DNA of 36,158 bases from Catajapyx aquilonaris. Lineage: Eukaryota. The notes below the pieces were generated by a model. It saw only the letters and a program-made list of their open reading frames with translations, had not been told where the DNA came from and did no database searches. The DNA lies in the NCBI GenBank assembly GCA_000934665.2, contig JYFJ02005423.1, forward strand, positions 1-36,158, written 5' to 3'. Below are positions 14,852-26,500 of this stretch, in pieces (the first letter of the stretch is position 1; each line of letters opens with the position of its first letter). Made by a program: the position numbers and the translations under genes.

Positions 14852-16359
14852 ATGTCATGGCCACTTTATTTTTTTCCCCCAGACGACGCGATGCTGCTTT
14901 CAGGACCTAGTCTGGCTCATGTCCCCAGTAACTTTGATGTGCCATCTGCTAAAGTCCCACGGCTTGTCGGGTGTCAGTCCGTGACGTTGCTTCCAAAAGA
15001 GCCTTGACAAAAAAGTGTAAGGTCAGATTCAGCATGGCCCTGTTTTCTATCCAGGACCAGTATTTCAAAAGTGTTGGACTGGAGAACAAAAAATTGTGTA
15101 TGTCTCACCCCCACCCCCCACCCCTACTTCCTTCATTTTCCGGATTAAAATCGAGCAGAGCATACCTAATAGCGAACCTGTCCAAATATTTGTCGCTCCC
15201 CCTTTTCCTATTACAGATTGTATGCAAAAGGGAACACTTTGTTTGAGTCGTGTGTTGGCCCACACTTCTATCAAGTTCAAGAGCACTTTGCAAAAAAAAA
15301 AAGTTGCAAGACCTGGACGGAAAGTCTGGATAACCAGCAGGAAAATTCGGACTTACGTCAATAGGAGCAATTTGCAACGTCTGTCGTCCGGCAAAGGAGT
15401 GATGTTTGTGAATATCTGCCGGATATGTAGCGCAATCTTCGGAATTTATTTTTGCAAGAATGGAGGAAATTCTGTTGATAACATTCGCCGCATTTTCTTC
15501 ATCAGTCACATTCTACGTACATAGCATGGCTTATTATTCAGTTGAAAGCACACAAAAAATGGCTTATTCTCGTTGCAAAAATGACCCTTCCATGTTGCAT
15601 AACTTTTTACGTCAGGGGCAATGAAAAAGCACATTCAGGCTGCAAATATTGGTCGGCGCATATTCAAGCTGGTGATGCTGCCATAAAAGGGCTGTCCTCT
15701 TCACGGGAGTATATCGGTCGCATACACACACCACAAAAAAAAGGCACTCATCAAACTTCATATCAGCATACCAACTTGGGCCACTGTAGTGCTGCACTCA
15801 CCCCAAAGTAGTTCTGTGATGTTCCGATAATTCTTTATCAAGTTACGAATCATATACCCTATCAACCAATGGTTCAATATATTACAGTATTGGGAATCAT
15901 CGCAGCAATTTATTATCCCATGTACTGTATTGCATAAAGCGGCCTTTCAATTACCTTTGTGAATAAATCAACATTTTTTTCCCCATTTTTACAAATTCTT
16001 TAGGAAGAATCATCTACCTACGCAGCATGCCAATTTTTGTTTCGCGTTATTGGTTTTCATTAGCATATCTTTTGCTGGATGCTCGCAACAATTATTTCAA
16101 GCCGTGTAATATCAGGCTGTTATGGAATTGTTGTGCACCCTTCATTACTCTTTCGCAGCATGCCTTAGCAGCAGCCAGGTGCGGATAATTACTCCCAAAT
16201 TATTCAGGGTTAGTACCAATTTGCAAAGTGCACATCTATGCCAGCATGTGCCTAACGTTTCGAGCACTCCTTGTGCAACTTTTCGACAAAGCGTCACATG
16301 GTCGACCTTGAACTTGCAAATTACTGTCGGCGTCTAAAGTACATAATAAAATAACTGCA

Positions 16360-19300
16360 CACTTCCTACGTTTTGTTACAATTTATTAATCTGAATGTAC
16401 AATGCACATGATTTAAAACATCCCAGTCATTCCCGCTAATCTGTATACTTCAAGTCACAATACATAATCCAGCAACAAAATTGCTGCATGATAACACTTT
16501 ATTTTAACACAGGACTTGTTCACTTTGGTAAGAGATTCTCTCACTGTCGTGTTCTAAGATAACTCCCAGGCCATGGCATCCGATTCAATTATCACACACA
16601 GCACAAAAAACTATCATTTTGGAACTCCCAAGGCATACTATTACTACCTCACAAAAAGGACTCAAAAAATTTTCTTTGTCACTCGATTATTCAGACTAAA
16701 ATAGTTACAATAGGGAGGCATGGTGGTCTGGTGGTTACGACACTGGCCAGCCAAGCAGGATTCCGGGGTTCAAATCCCGTCCCCGTCACCTCTGCTTGGC
16801 CGCTTTTTCCGCTTTTCACCCGGCAGAATTGCACTCCCTACTCTGCCCAGGGCCAGGAGAAAAGGTTTGGTGTATTTCATAAAGTCAGAAATGACTATAA
16901 TTACAGTGCCCTCCCTTGGGAACCTCCCCCTTCCCCCCGAAAATGGCTCCACCCTATCACGGGGTAAATTATTTTAAACAAAAATTACAATAGACACAGC
17001 ACAATACTGCATGTAAAAGTTCTCATTTATGACAACAAGTTCTTGCAGTTTCCGAATACACACATTATCAAGGTAAAATCAAAAATAGTATCATGATGCA
17101 CATTAATCAATTCCAGAACACTTTTAATCCAAATACATATGAACCAACAGGTGCCCATGACTCCAACATCTTCATCATGACTCACAATCCCATGAGGCTT
17201 TCCCATTAAATGCGCACATAATTTGCAATCCCAACCTAAAGCCCCCAGGTACATTGTCAGCAAGAAAACATTTTCCATAAATTGGATGCAGTGTAACTCC
17301 CACACCCTTTGTAGAATCAACACTCATCTGCAAGTCGCATCAATGTGTAGATATTATGCGTGCAACTTGAAGCAGGTGTTGTATCCTTGCAACAACAGTG
17401 GCCAAGATCCACACAAATATTATATCATGATATGACTGCATCGACCCTGGGAACATCACCATCCATAAATTAGTACCATGTTAATTACAGCTTCCCCAAA
17501 AGTGAGGACTTTCATAATAAAGTATTTCTTATGCCATTTTGTATATAAATATGTCGTTCAGTCTGCAACAATACCATGTACATAAGTCTTTCTATACACA
17601 CAACTTACACCAAATTTATGCTACTTTAAGTAGAACAGAAGCTGCTGCACTGGATGGAACAAAAGTCAACTGTGTCATTGAAATCTTATGGCTACTAACT
17701 TCTTCTTATGACCTCGACCTCCTTATACTTCAAGTGTAGCTGCTAGATTGTTATAAAACCCATTTAGAACCATTTGCATGATTAATGGGAAACGATAAAT
17801 TATATTTCATCGCAGAATGACTTGAAGAGCCAGACAAGATACCAAATCACAATGTCAGCCACCTTTTATTGAACTGGACTGCGAACTAATCTGAACGTAA
17901 AAATGTGCAATTTCTCCAGACTTGTTCAACATTTCAGTGCACTAGTAGGATCATTTTTACACTTCAAGTAGATGGCAAACCAGAACATCGACCTTTAGAC
18001 AGTTGTGATGGTTCCAACACACAGTGGCTGTGCAAATGCTGATTGCATGCTCCATCGATTGCTGGGTCATTACCAGTCTCTTCTTCATTAACCGCCCTGA
18101 CTAATAAATTGCACATCTTACCAGAGGTGCGCCTGGGCAAGCTTCATTATTTTGCTCACTTGCATAAGCAAAGGTGTTTGTGTGAGAAAAAGCCAAAGCA
18201 ACAAAGGCCATGTATGACTGAAGTCTGAATTGGGCCACTTACACCCATTCATGGTGGGACCTGTCAGCATAACAAATTTCACTGGCCTGCCCCTGGTCAC
18301 ATCCTTCAGAGAAAAAAAATCCTAAGCAAGAAATGCTTCCTGCTGGTCTAACTTTCTGCCTGGAGATGTTGGTACGAACAGGATCAGGACCTTGACACTT
18401 ACATGCACGACCTGCAGTGTGTTTACATAAGATCCCCTAGCTCCTTTTTCATGCAATGCCACTTTCCTGAAAGCTGGCTTTATCATCATCACATGCTCTG
18501 GTGCATAGTGCTCTTCTCAGTGGTATATGAAACTCCCTGTCACACTTAAAAGAGTGAGGTGGCACTGGCAAACATCCATAAAATATCCAACTATGTGGCT
18601 CTTAGATGAGTAGCCAATATATGGCTCAAAAATGCAGTTGTCTCTCTGGTTGACCTTCTGTGCACAAGGAGAAACCCAAACCACCAACACAAAGAAATTA
18701 TGAGGTGCAAATAAATTGCCTCCTTAAGGTTAATTATTGTGAAGACTATGATCTACTCACAGCCCATCCATTTGTTGTCTAAACCAAAGACTACGATACA
18801 TAAAAGAAGCGCATATCACGGCATGTCAGTCGGTTTCCTGCAGAAAGGAGAATTAGTAAAATACGACTAAGAAATAGACTCCTCTTGGGGCTCACCATGG
18901 CAAAGAGGAGGTGGTTGGATGGAGTGGAATTGAGATCCAGACTGCACAAAATAAAGTAACATGATGCAGTGAAACCTGCCCACAACAGACCCTGAGTATA
19001 AGAGAAACCTTTGCCCATCGCAGAATTTTCACTGATAATAAGCATATGGATAGGACATGAACTCATAGTTAATACTGTGACATTGAACATAGCAGAAACC
19101 TGTCTATTACAAAAAAAAAAATAAATAAATCAAAGTTCAGTGTGATTCAGCTACACAGGTTTCACTGCACTGGCCTCTGCTCCATTCTGTTTTCAAGTCG
19201 GTTTTTACTTACATAGTTTCATGCTTATTTTAAATTGCCTCATTAACACCTGCTCCTAATGATTCTGTGGAGCCTGCACCATGGCACAAAAGGTAAGATG

Positions 19301-19463
19301 ATATTAACATGGGGTATTAATAATCAAGGATCCAATTTGTAATTTTCCAAATGAAAGAGCATAAAAATAAACACTTTAAAAACTTATTACAGTGACTCAT
19401 GGGTAAATTAACCCACCATACCAGTACTCATATGACTGTTGTTTAACGAGATAAAAAGACAAC
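16360..19463 (-). other. Putative long 3' UTR of XRN1 (about 3.1 kb)
   Basis: CpG depletion continues from the stop codon to about 16.4 kb. Minus-strand AATAAA at 16382-16387 is followed by a GU/U-rich tract; further AATAAA at 16498-16503 and 17865-17870. The 3' end is inferred. Confidence 0.45.
16714..16984 (+). mobile_element. tRNA(Gly)-like SINE
   Basis: A box TGGTCTGGTGG, B box GGTTCAAATCC, A-rich tail; 9-bp TSD TTACAATAG at 16705-16713 and 16985-16993. Confidence 0.78.
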
Positions 19464-20594
19464 CTAAGAGTCACCAGCCTTAGAAAACTTGGCAGCCAGC
19501 CTAGGGCGCTGCTTCTTCTCCTTCTTCGGTTCCTTCTTCTTCTTGGACCCTCCTACTGGGCTGTCTTGCAATGCTGGGAAATCCTCCTTTGTGGGCTCCC
19601 CCACCAGAGCTGCCTTAGTCTGTTCGGCTGTTGTCTCCGCGACCTCATCAGACATCAGACTGGTACCATCATCACTGACCCCACCCTGCTCTTGCGTCTT
19701 GCTCAGCTTCCTTGTCACCTGCATTGGCACAAAGGTTTGAGGCACCATTGTCCTGTGCTCACCGTAAGTATCCAACATATACTGGGGCCGAATGTCATTC
19801 GCACTAGGCCTTGGAGGTTCTCGTGGAGGACCCATAAGGTCAGCCCTCGGACGGCCCAGGTTATACATGGTGGTACCCATTAAGTTGTGCATTACCTTAA
19901 CCTCATGACACATTTGTTCTATTTCACGTCCACGGTCTTCGTCTGGAAAGACTGGATCAATGAGAAGGGCTGCGGGCGGAGGCTGAGGGAATGGCGGTGG
20001 GTGGTGGCGCACTGGAAGTGCATGCATCGGTTGCCACGCTTGACCACCCTGCACCCACTGTGGTGGCTCCTGGAGCGGATGGGGTGGAAGCATGACCTTG
20101 CCTCTGGATATGGAGGTTAACATGCACCCGGCAGCCTTATTTGAGGCCTCCTCCTTGGTCACCCCCGCATCTCCCATCACTTTCGCACCAGTGGGCAGAA
20201 TGCATATTGCCTTATATCCTGCCTGGCCCCCTTGTATCGGGAAGTACTGGTAGCGAGGCACCCCCAAGCCCCTTTTCTGGAGGTCCTGCATCAGTGCCTC
20301 GCATGGGGATGGGGCAGCAGCAGTTTGGGAATGGATGCTGCTTGCACATGGGCGATAGTAGATGGGGGCATGGGTGTAGCTGTGGGCTGGGAGCATCCCG
20401 TACTGGGGTGGCGGGTACATTGGGGGGTATGCAGGTGGAGATGCAAATGCTGCTGGGTGGTGCGGAGCCAACGCTCGGAGATTGGGGGATGCCACTGTAG
20501 GTGGGTGGTGTGGTACTACAGCCGGGGGAGGATGGTGGGGGGGGAGCACTGGTGGAAGTGCTGGTGGATGTTGCTGCTGCTCCTCTTTGTATCT
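19464..20594 (-). CDS. XRN1: XRN1 last coding exon (Pro/His-rich region, dsRBD-like module, FVPMQV motif, C-terminal RPRLAAKFS)
   Basis: Acceptor ctctctttgcag|AGA, phase 0; inside ORF 19464..20600; tail motifs typical of metazoan XRN1. Confidence 0.88.
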   Translation of the reverse strand, partial: RYKEEQQQHPPALPPVLPPHHPPPAVVPHHPPTVASPNLRALAPHHPAAFASPPAYPPMYPPPQYGMLPAHSYTHAPIYYRPCASSIHSQTAAAPSPCEALMQDLQKRGLGVPRYQYFPIQGGQAGYKAICILPTGAKVMGDAGVTKEEASNKAAGCMLTSISRGKVMLPPHPLQEPPQWVQGGQAWQPMHALPVRHHPPPFPQPPPAALLIDPVFPDEDRGREIEQMCHEVKVMHNLMGTTMYNLGRPRADLMGPPREPPRPSANDIRPQYMLDTYGEHRTMVPQTFVPMQVTRKLSKTQEQGGVSDDGTSLMSDEVAETTAEQTKAALVGEPTKEDFPALQDSPVGGSKKKKEPKKEKKQRPRLAAKFSKAGDS

Positions 20595-23500
20595 CTGCAA
20601 AGAGAGACCACAGTCACTTCAGTGGATATGGTGGAAATACGAGTTTTGCTTCTTGCTTGTTTATATCATGCACCACATGGCTTGCAGGCAAGAATTAGTC
20701 ACGCTCAACTGACAGGCTGCAATGGTAAATATTTTCAAGTCTGCAATATTTGTATTTTTAGTCCAGCTATTTAAAATTGGGGCTTGAAGCAATCATTCCC
20801 TTGGTTGTGTTGTTATTTACCAGATGAAACTTTGCTGAAACCTCCCTGAAGGCAAAACCTTGCCTCAGAGGCTTAGACTTTCAGCTAAATTGTACAATTC
20901 TAGCAACAGTTTCAGAAACCCTGTAATTTTGCATGGCCATTAACCCTTGGATGGTGACATTGCCTCTTTTTGTGACCAAGGCCATTTTTTTTGCTATAAC
21001 ATGAAAAATTTACAACATTTGAGATTCACCTTTGAGAACATCTTCATTTGAATCCTTTCATGATAAACTGAATTTATTTAAACAAATTTCAGCCAATAGC
21101 ACGATCAGGAAAAATTTAATTAGGCACAGATGCATGCAGCCAGGGAAGCCCACACCTGCCGGCAAATGTGGCCCACCCACTCAACGGAAAAATAAAGCAC
21201 CCTGCACGGGCATGTTGCGCGCAACTGCAGCAGGGGCTCAGACTGCACGCGAAGAAAGCTTCACTTCCTGCTTTCCAGAGGAGGACATGAGCATGTCAGA
21301 AGTAACACTTTCATTCATGAACAGTTATTATAAAATGATGCCAACCCTCCCTACATTTCAAAAAATTAGAGATATACAGTTGAATCCAGATATAACAGGC
21401 TTCAAGGGACCGCAGAAATCAGTCTGTTATAGCCAAATACACACGCCATATACGGAAGTATGCCGGAATCGGCTTTATGACCTCCTGACTTGATCTGAAT
21501 GCAGGATCTTGAACCCAGGCACATTTCAGTCCCAAACACTCATCTGTGCGTCATTAATTTTTTCTGATGGTATTATTTGCTCAACAAATGTAAACTAAAT
21601 GCCATATATCGCAGAAGGAATCAACCCAAGATTGTCTCAAAGGTGAAGCCCAAATATGGTATATTTCCCCTATTATATCACAACATGTGACTTGGTCACA
21701 AAAAGAGGCCACGTCACCAGAGGGCAAACTTCTTGCATGTCACCATCACAGGGTTAAGTATGGCTTCTTATTAGTATAGGGGCCGTGCAGACGGGCCAAG
21801 CTTAGCCGCGGCCCTGGCCAACTTACAGGAAGTTGGCCTACCTTGTAAGCCGTGGCCTGGCCCTGGCTTGCCAGGTGTGAAGCTTGGCCCATCTGCCTGG
21901 CCCCATATTCATGAGTCATGGCAGAACAATAGAGTGAAGGACTTCCATAGTTGACAATCATAACTTTCAAGTATAAAACTGACCATGAACCAAGTTTGTA
22001 CAACTTGCCTAAACTGCACCAAAAACACTTTTAACTGTAGGCCTACATCTAACTATGATTACTTAGGATTTCTTCATAACCATTTGCCATATCAAAGGTG
22101 ATACGAGTCCTACTGTAATTACATGGCATTGTGCAACTGGGGGTGGATGCATCAAATGCACATTTTCGTCGTAACTGGTAGTAACCATAGTTACTAATAA
22201 TTAACTATGGTTACAGCCGGTTACCCCAAAATCTGACTTACGAGTTACGACATTTGATGAATCCACGCCGATTAGTAAAAGGTTAAAGCCGCACAAAAGC
22301 GATTTATCACAGATGAGACCAATTGTTTAGGGCCGAAAATATACTGTTACTACAATTGTTACTTGTGCTCAGCGATGTACATTGCTGTAACATCACTGAT
22401 CAAATCACCCGCATGTAAACGCGGTTTAACCACACAGCCCAACTCTTCTACCTGTCACTATTCTCCCTAACACATCAGATATTGCAGGAATAAGTTTTGC
22501 ATGCTGAAACCCAGACTAATAACAGCATGGGCAACACTGCCTTTCAACAATATCAACAAAGAAAGTAGCAATTCAATGCCAGATGCCAGTGCCCAAGTCC
22601 CATTACCAGGCTTGCCGGCACACAAAAAAGCTAATGAAAGTGTGGTGGTGGTCATTTTTGTCACTACAGTACGTGGTTTTGAAAAACTGCATTACACAAA
22701 TTGATGTGATGTGCCATAAAACCAACCCTCACATTACATTATTATCCAACCTGTTAAGCTCTACCCTGGATGTCCAGCAGACCTTTTCCTGCTGATCACT
22801 TGTATTAAACAGCCTGCTACAAGTGCCACGCCACTCTGCCTACAGGCTACAGCTGAGGTAGAGGGAAAGGGTGTGAATAGCCTCCTTCCCAACCCCAATG
22901 TCATAAATCTAACTGATAACAGCACCCCCTTTTGACCCATTCAGGCAGTATATGACACCTTCTCAAGGACACACAACTTTCTCTTCAGAAGGGTGGCATC
23001 AAATCCCCTTGGCTATTTTGGAGGCTTCACAATGAAATGTCTCAATAGCTTGGAACAACTATAAAAAAAAAATCTCTAACAAAAAAAGGTGTAGCACATC
23101 TGACCACCTTTAGGATTGGCTGTGTATAAGAGAGAGTAAATGTACTTTTACCTGCAGTAACGCAACTGCGCAAAGTCTACACCATCGCAATGTGGAGTAA
23201 TGGTTATTACTCCACATTACGATGGTGTAGGCCGTAGGGTTATGTAATCGAGTGTAACTGAATGCCCCAACGGCATAAGGCTCAACTCTAGACTTTTAAA
23301 AATTGTGCATTTTCACAAATTCGCTGAACATGTTTTTTTTATTATTTTTGGTTGACTACTGCTACCAGCTCTCATGTAATAACCATGAATACAGTACCCA
23401 AAACGGTGGTCTGAAACTTGCTGATCACCTTTGGATATGCCTAAATAACTAATAAATTTGTACACAACAAATTCCATAAACTCCTACGTTGAAAGCCGGC

Positions 23501-26500
23501 TGAGGTTGTTGTATGGCTGGGATAGTGAGGAAATGTGTTACTGGGAGACGGGATCAACCAGGACGGAGAGCTCGGTCGGCAAGGATGGTGGAGGAGGGAC
23601 AGGAGAAGGCGCCAACTCACTTGTGGGATTCTGTAGGAGGTTTGAGATCGCATATCAGAGGCTCAGTTTCAGAAAGGTCTACACTGGAAGAAAGCCACAA
23701 TTCCTAACAAAATGAATATGATACATTGCATGTACACTATTCCAGCAGCATTGCATGACTTCATGACACTTTCTCACTTTAATTTCATGTAGGAATTGAG
23801 TTCACCGAACTTCAGTGATACCCACTCCACAATTTTAAAAATCCACCACCAATTCTATGGATTGCATTAAATTATGACAGCATATTATTAAAATGCATTA
23901 GGCCAACTTTCCACAAATTGCAAGTTACCTATGGGTTTGTACATAAAGTATGTCACACTGAACTTCAAATTTTCAAATACTACCAGCCCAATATCAGGTT
24001 TATTAACCCCCACTCAAAATGCATGTCATGCTGCTTTGGATGCATGCCTCTCCCAACTCTCTTTCAGTTCGTTATACCCTACAAAACCAGACTTTATCAT
24101 TGACTACAGTCCTTCGGATACTGGAAGTCTGCTTGGAATCAAGTCATAGTCACCTGAAATAGTGCTTCACAGCCCATCACTCTGCCAGCAACTATCCCAA
24201 CCTTTCACTTCTCCACTGACCCAACAATACCGCATGTAATTTACCTATCCCATCTATATGACCGCAGTAAACATTCTACTAATGCAGGATTTTAAAAAGA
24301 CAGAAATGCATGTGCAATATTCGTACCTTCAGAAACTCATCACCTGACAGAGCTTTTGGGGAGGATGGATTTGCAACGTTCTTCTCAGGAGAATTCCTTC
24401 CGCTCTCCTTTTCTTTATCTTTCTTCTGCAACACAAGAATATCGCCCTTTTGTATAAGCCAGGACTACATACTACTGCTGTGTGATTTCACATCTAAACA
24501 AACGTCTGTCATGCATGCACTAACAAAAATTAAATCTGACACGTCCTACCATATGCGAATAACTTCCAACACTGCAAATTATCTACTGAGAAAGCTGAAT
24601 GTAACCATGCAGGAAATGGCATTCCACATGTATGTGGGTCAACACATATCTGCCCATGAATCTCTGTTGCAATAGCCTTGATCCTGTACACTGTATGCCA
24701 GAACAGATATCCCGCAGGGTATCAGAAAATTAACTACTCCCTCATTTCCCTTGACGCATCGCATGAAAATTGGCCACATATTTAAAAACTTCCACTACTT
24801 GGCCTCACCTATGTGCCAGTAAAACCATGAAATTCAAACTTCCATTAATGAGCCAGTCACAAGCTGCCACTGTAGGGATTGCTTAATAACTTGGCCAATT
24901 ATTATGTGAATGGCATCTACACCAACTTCATTATTGTGGCATTGATCAAGTAGGTGTCATGAAATATGTTTTAGACCTAAACATCCCGCCCTGTCACCCT
25001 CCTTATTCGCCTCTTCAATTCCCTTCAACTATTTCTTCTCCATTATCCAGGGACAAACCTTGAGTGCATTTGATAGGAACCACATGCATGTCTCAAGTAA
25101 AGTAAAGGCTTTCCTTCATTCAAGGCAAGTCCCAATTCATGAAATATCCATATGATACTTTCGGCACAGAACAAGGTTGTTCGCTGGCTTAAGAACGCAA
25201 CAATGGTAGGATCCCTCTGGCTTATTGCATTTGTTTTGGTTATTCCATATGTACAGGGTGGTGTACAGCACTAGCATGTAGTTAAAGTGGGTTGGTGAAA
25301 GCATTGCGAATTGTCTGCCCCAGAAACAGTTTGGAAAATAGCAACTCAGTCAAGGTCGCATTCATTTGTGATATGTTTCCATAATAATTGATTACTGGGG
25401 TAAACAATCCCCCACTTCTTAACTTACCTCCTCCGTGAACTGGGGGCTTAAGCAATTTACCCACCCTAGATGCTACTGTGTAACTTTCAAGTAACAAATT
25501 CCAGAGAGTATTATAATTATGTACCAAACAAAAAACTGCCATGCAGGAGTAGCTTGCATTATTGTTTGAAAATTTTCAGTAGAAATCTGCGCCATGCAAC
25601 ATTCAGATATGACATGACACAATCTTTACCTGCAATTCATTCCAGAAGGCCATGAACTCTGTTGGTGGAGGGAGATTCACATTGGATGGTGGCTGGGGTG
25701 CCTGAATAGGCGCAGTAGTAGTAGTAGCAGCGGCAGAAACAGCAGCAGGTGGATTCAGAACCTGCAACTAAAATTACACAATGCGATTTGTTACAGTAGA
25801 GCTTAATAACCACTTGACATTACTGAATGCTGAAAATTATACTTTGCTATGGGGTAGGTGAACTGCAGTCGTAATATTTCCACTGCAGTTCCGTTACACC
25901 ACAGTACCTTGACACAAAACATGCACTAATTACATGAAGCAGTGTCACAACTGAATGCCAAAAGACACAATCATTCCCTTCAAATTCATGCTACAGTTCC
26001 ATGTTTATGCGCTTGGCCAGCCTAGCATAATTATGCCTTAGGCCACTACATCTCAAAGGGGTGTGGATTCAATAATGGACAGTGCAAATAAGATCAACAA
26101 TGCAAGTCTCTCTGCATAATTGTGCACTGCACTTCCATACGATGAAGCATTAAAACCCTCCTGGAAGGGCCTTGAACTACTGATGATTAATAACATGGGA
26201 AAAACATCTTGATGCCCCACAAGCAAGACAACTTCAACTCATGCCACATTTTCTGTATCTTGAATATGGCATGTAATGTCCTGAATATTGGTGTAGCAAC
26301 CATTTTGTAATAGTTAGGTATCTGTCCACTCACAACGGGAAAAACAAATTTCTCAGGCAAATCTGAAGCCAGCATGCATCCATCTGAACAATTACAAAGT
26401 AAAACCAATATTTTGAATTCTACTCCCAACTTACCAATGCCCTGCCTAGATCAGCTTCCTGCGTGTTCTCTTCTGCAGGGAAAGTCTTATCTTGAGAGGG

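Noticed and set aside
15065..15524. Overlapping ORFs on both strands
   Set aside because: Low-complexity translations with no domain similarity; consistent with chance
16718..16790. tRNA-Gly gene
   Set aside because: Broken acceptor stem; part of a TSD-flanked SINE
19489..20774. Several plus-strand ORFs (for example 20232..20774)
   Set aside because: Antisense shadows of the GC-rich, Pro-rich last XRN1 exon
21032..21493. 153-aa ORF inside the piggyBac-type element as a transposase
   Set aside because: No transposase motifs; it spans nested repeat fragments and has a non-ATG start
24030..24280. Extra small XRN1 exons after exon 17
   Set aside because: Splice-like sites exist (about 24275, 24153, 24078), but I could not chain them with good donors and consistent phase into the last exon
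25254..25468. Tc1-like MITE (CAGGGTGG...CCACCCTA)
   Set aside because: Only a 7-bp match, and the right TA flank is not intact
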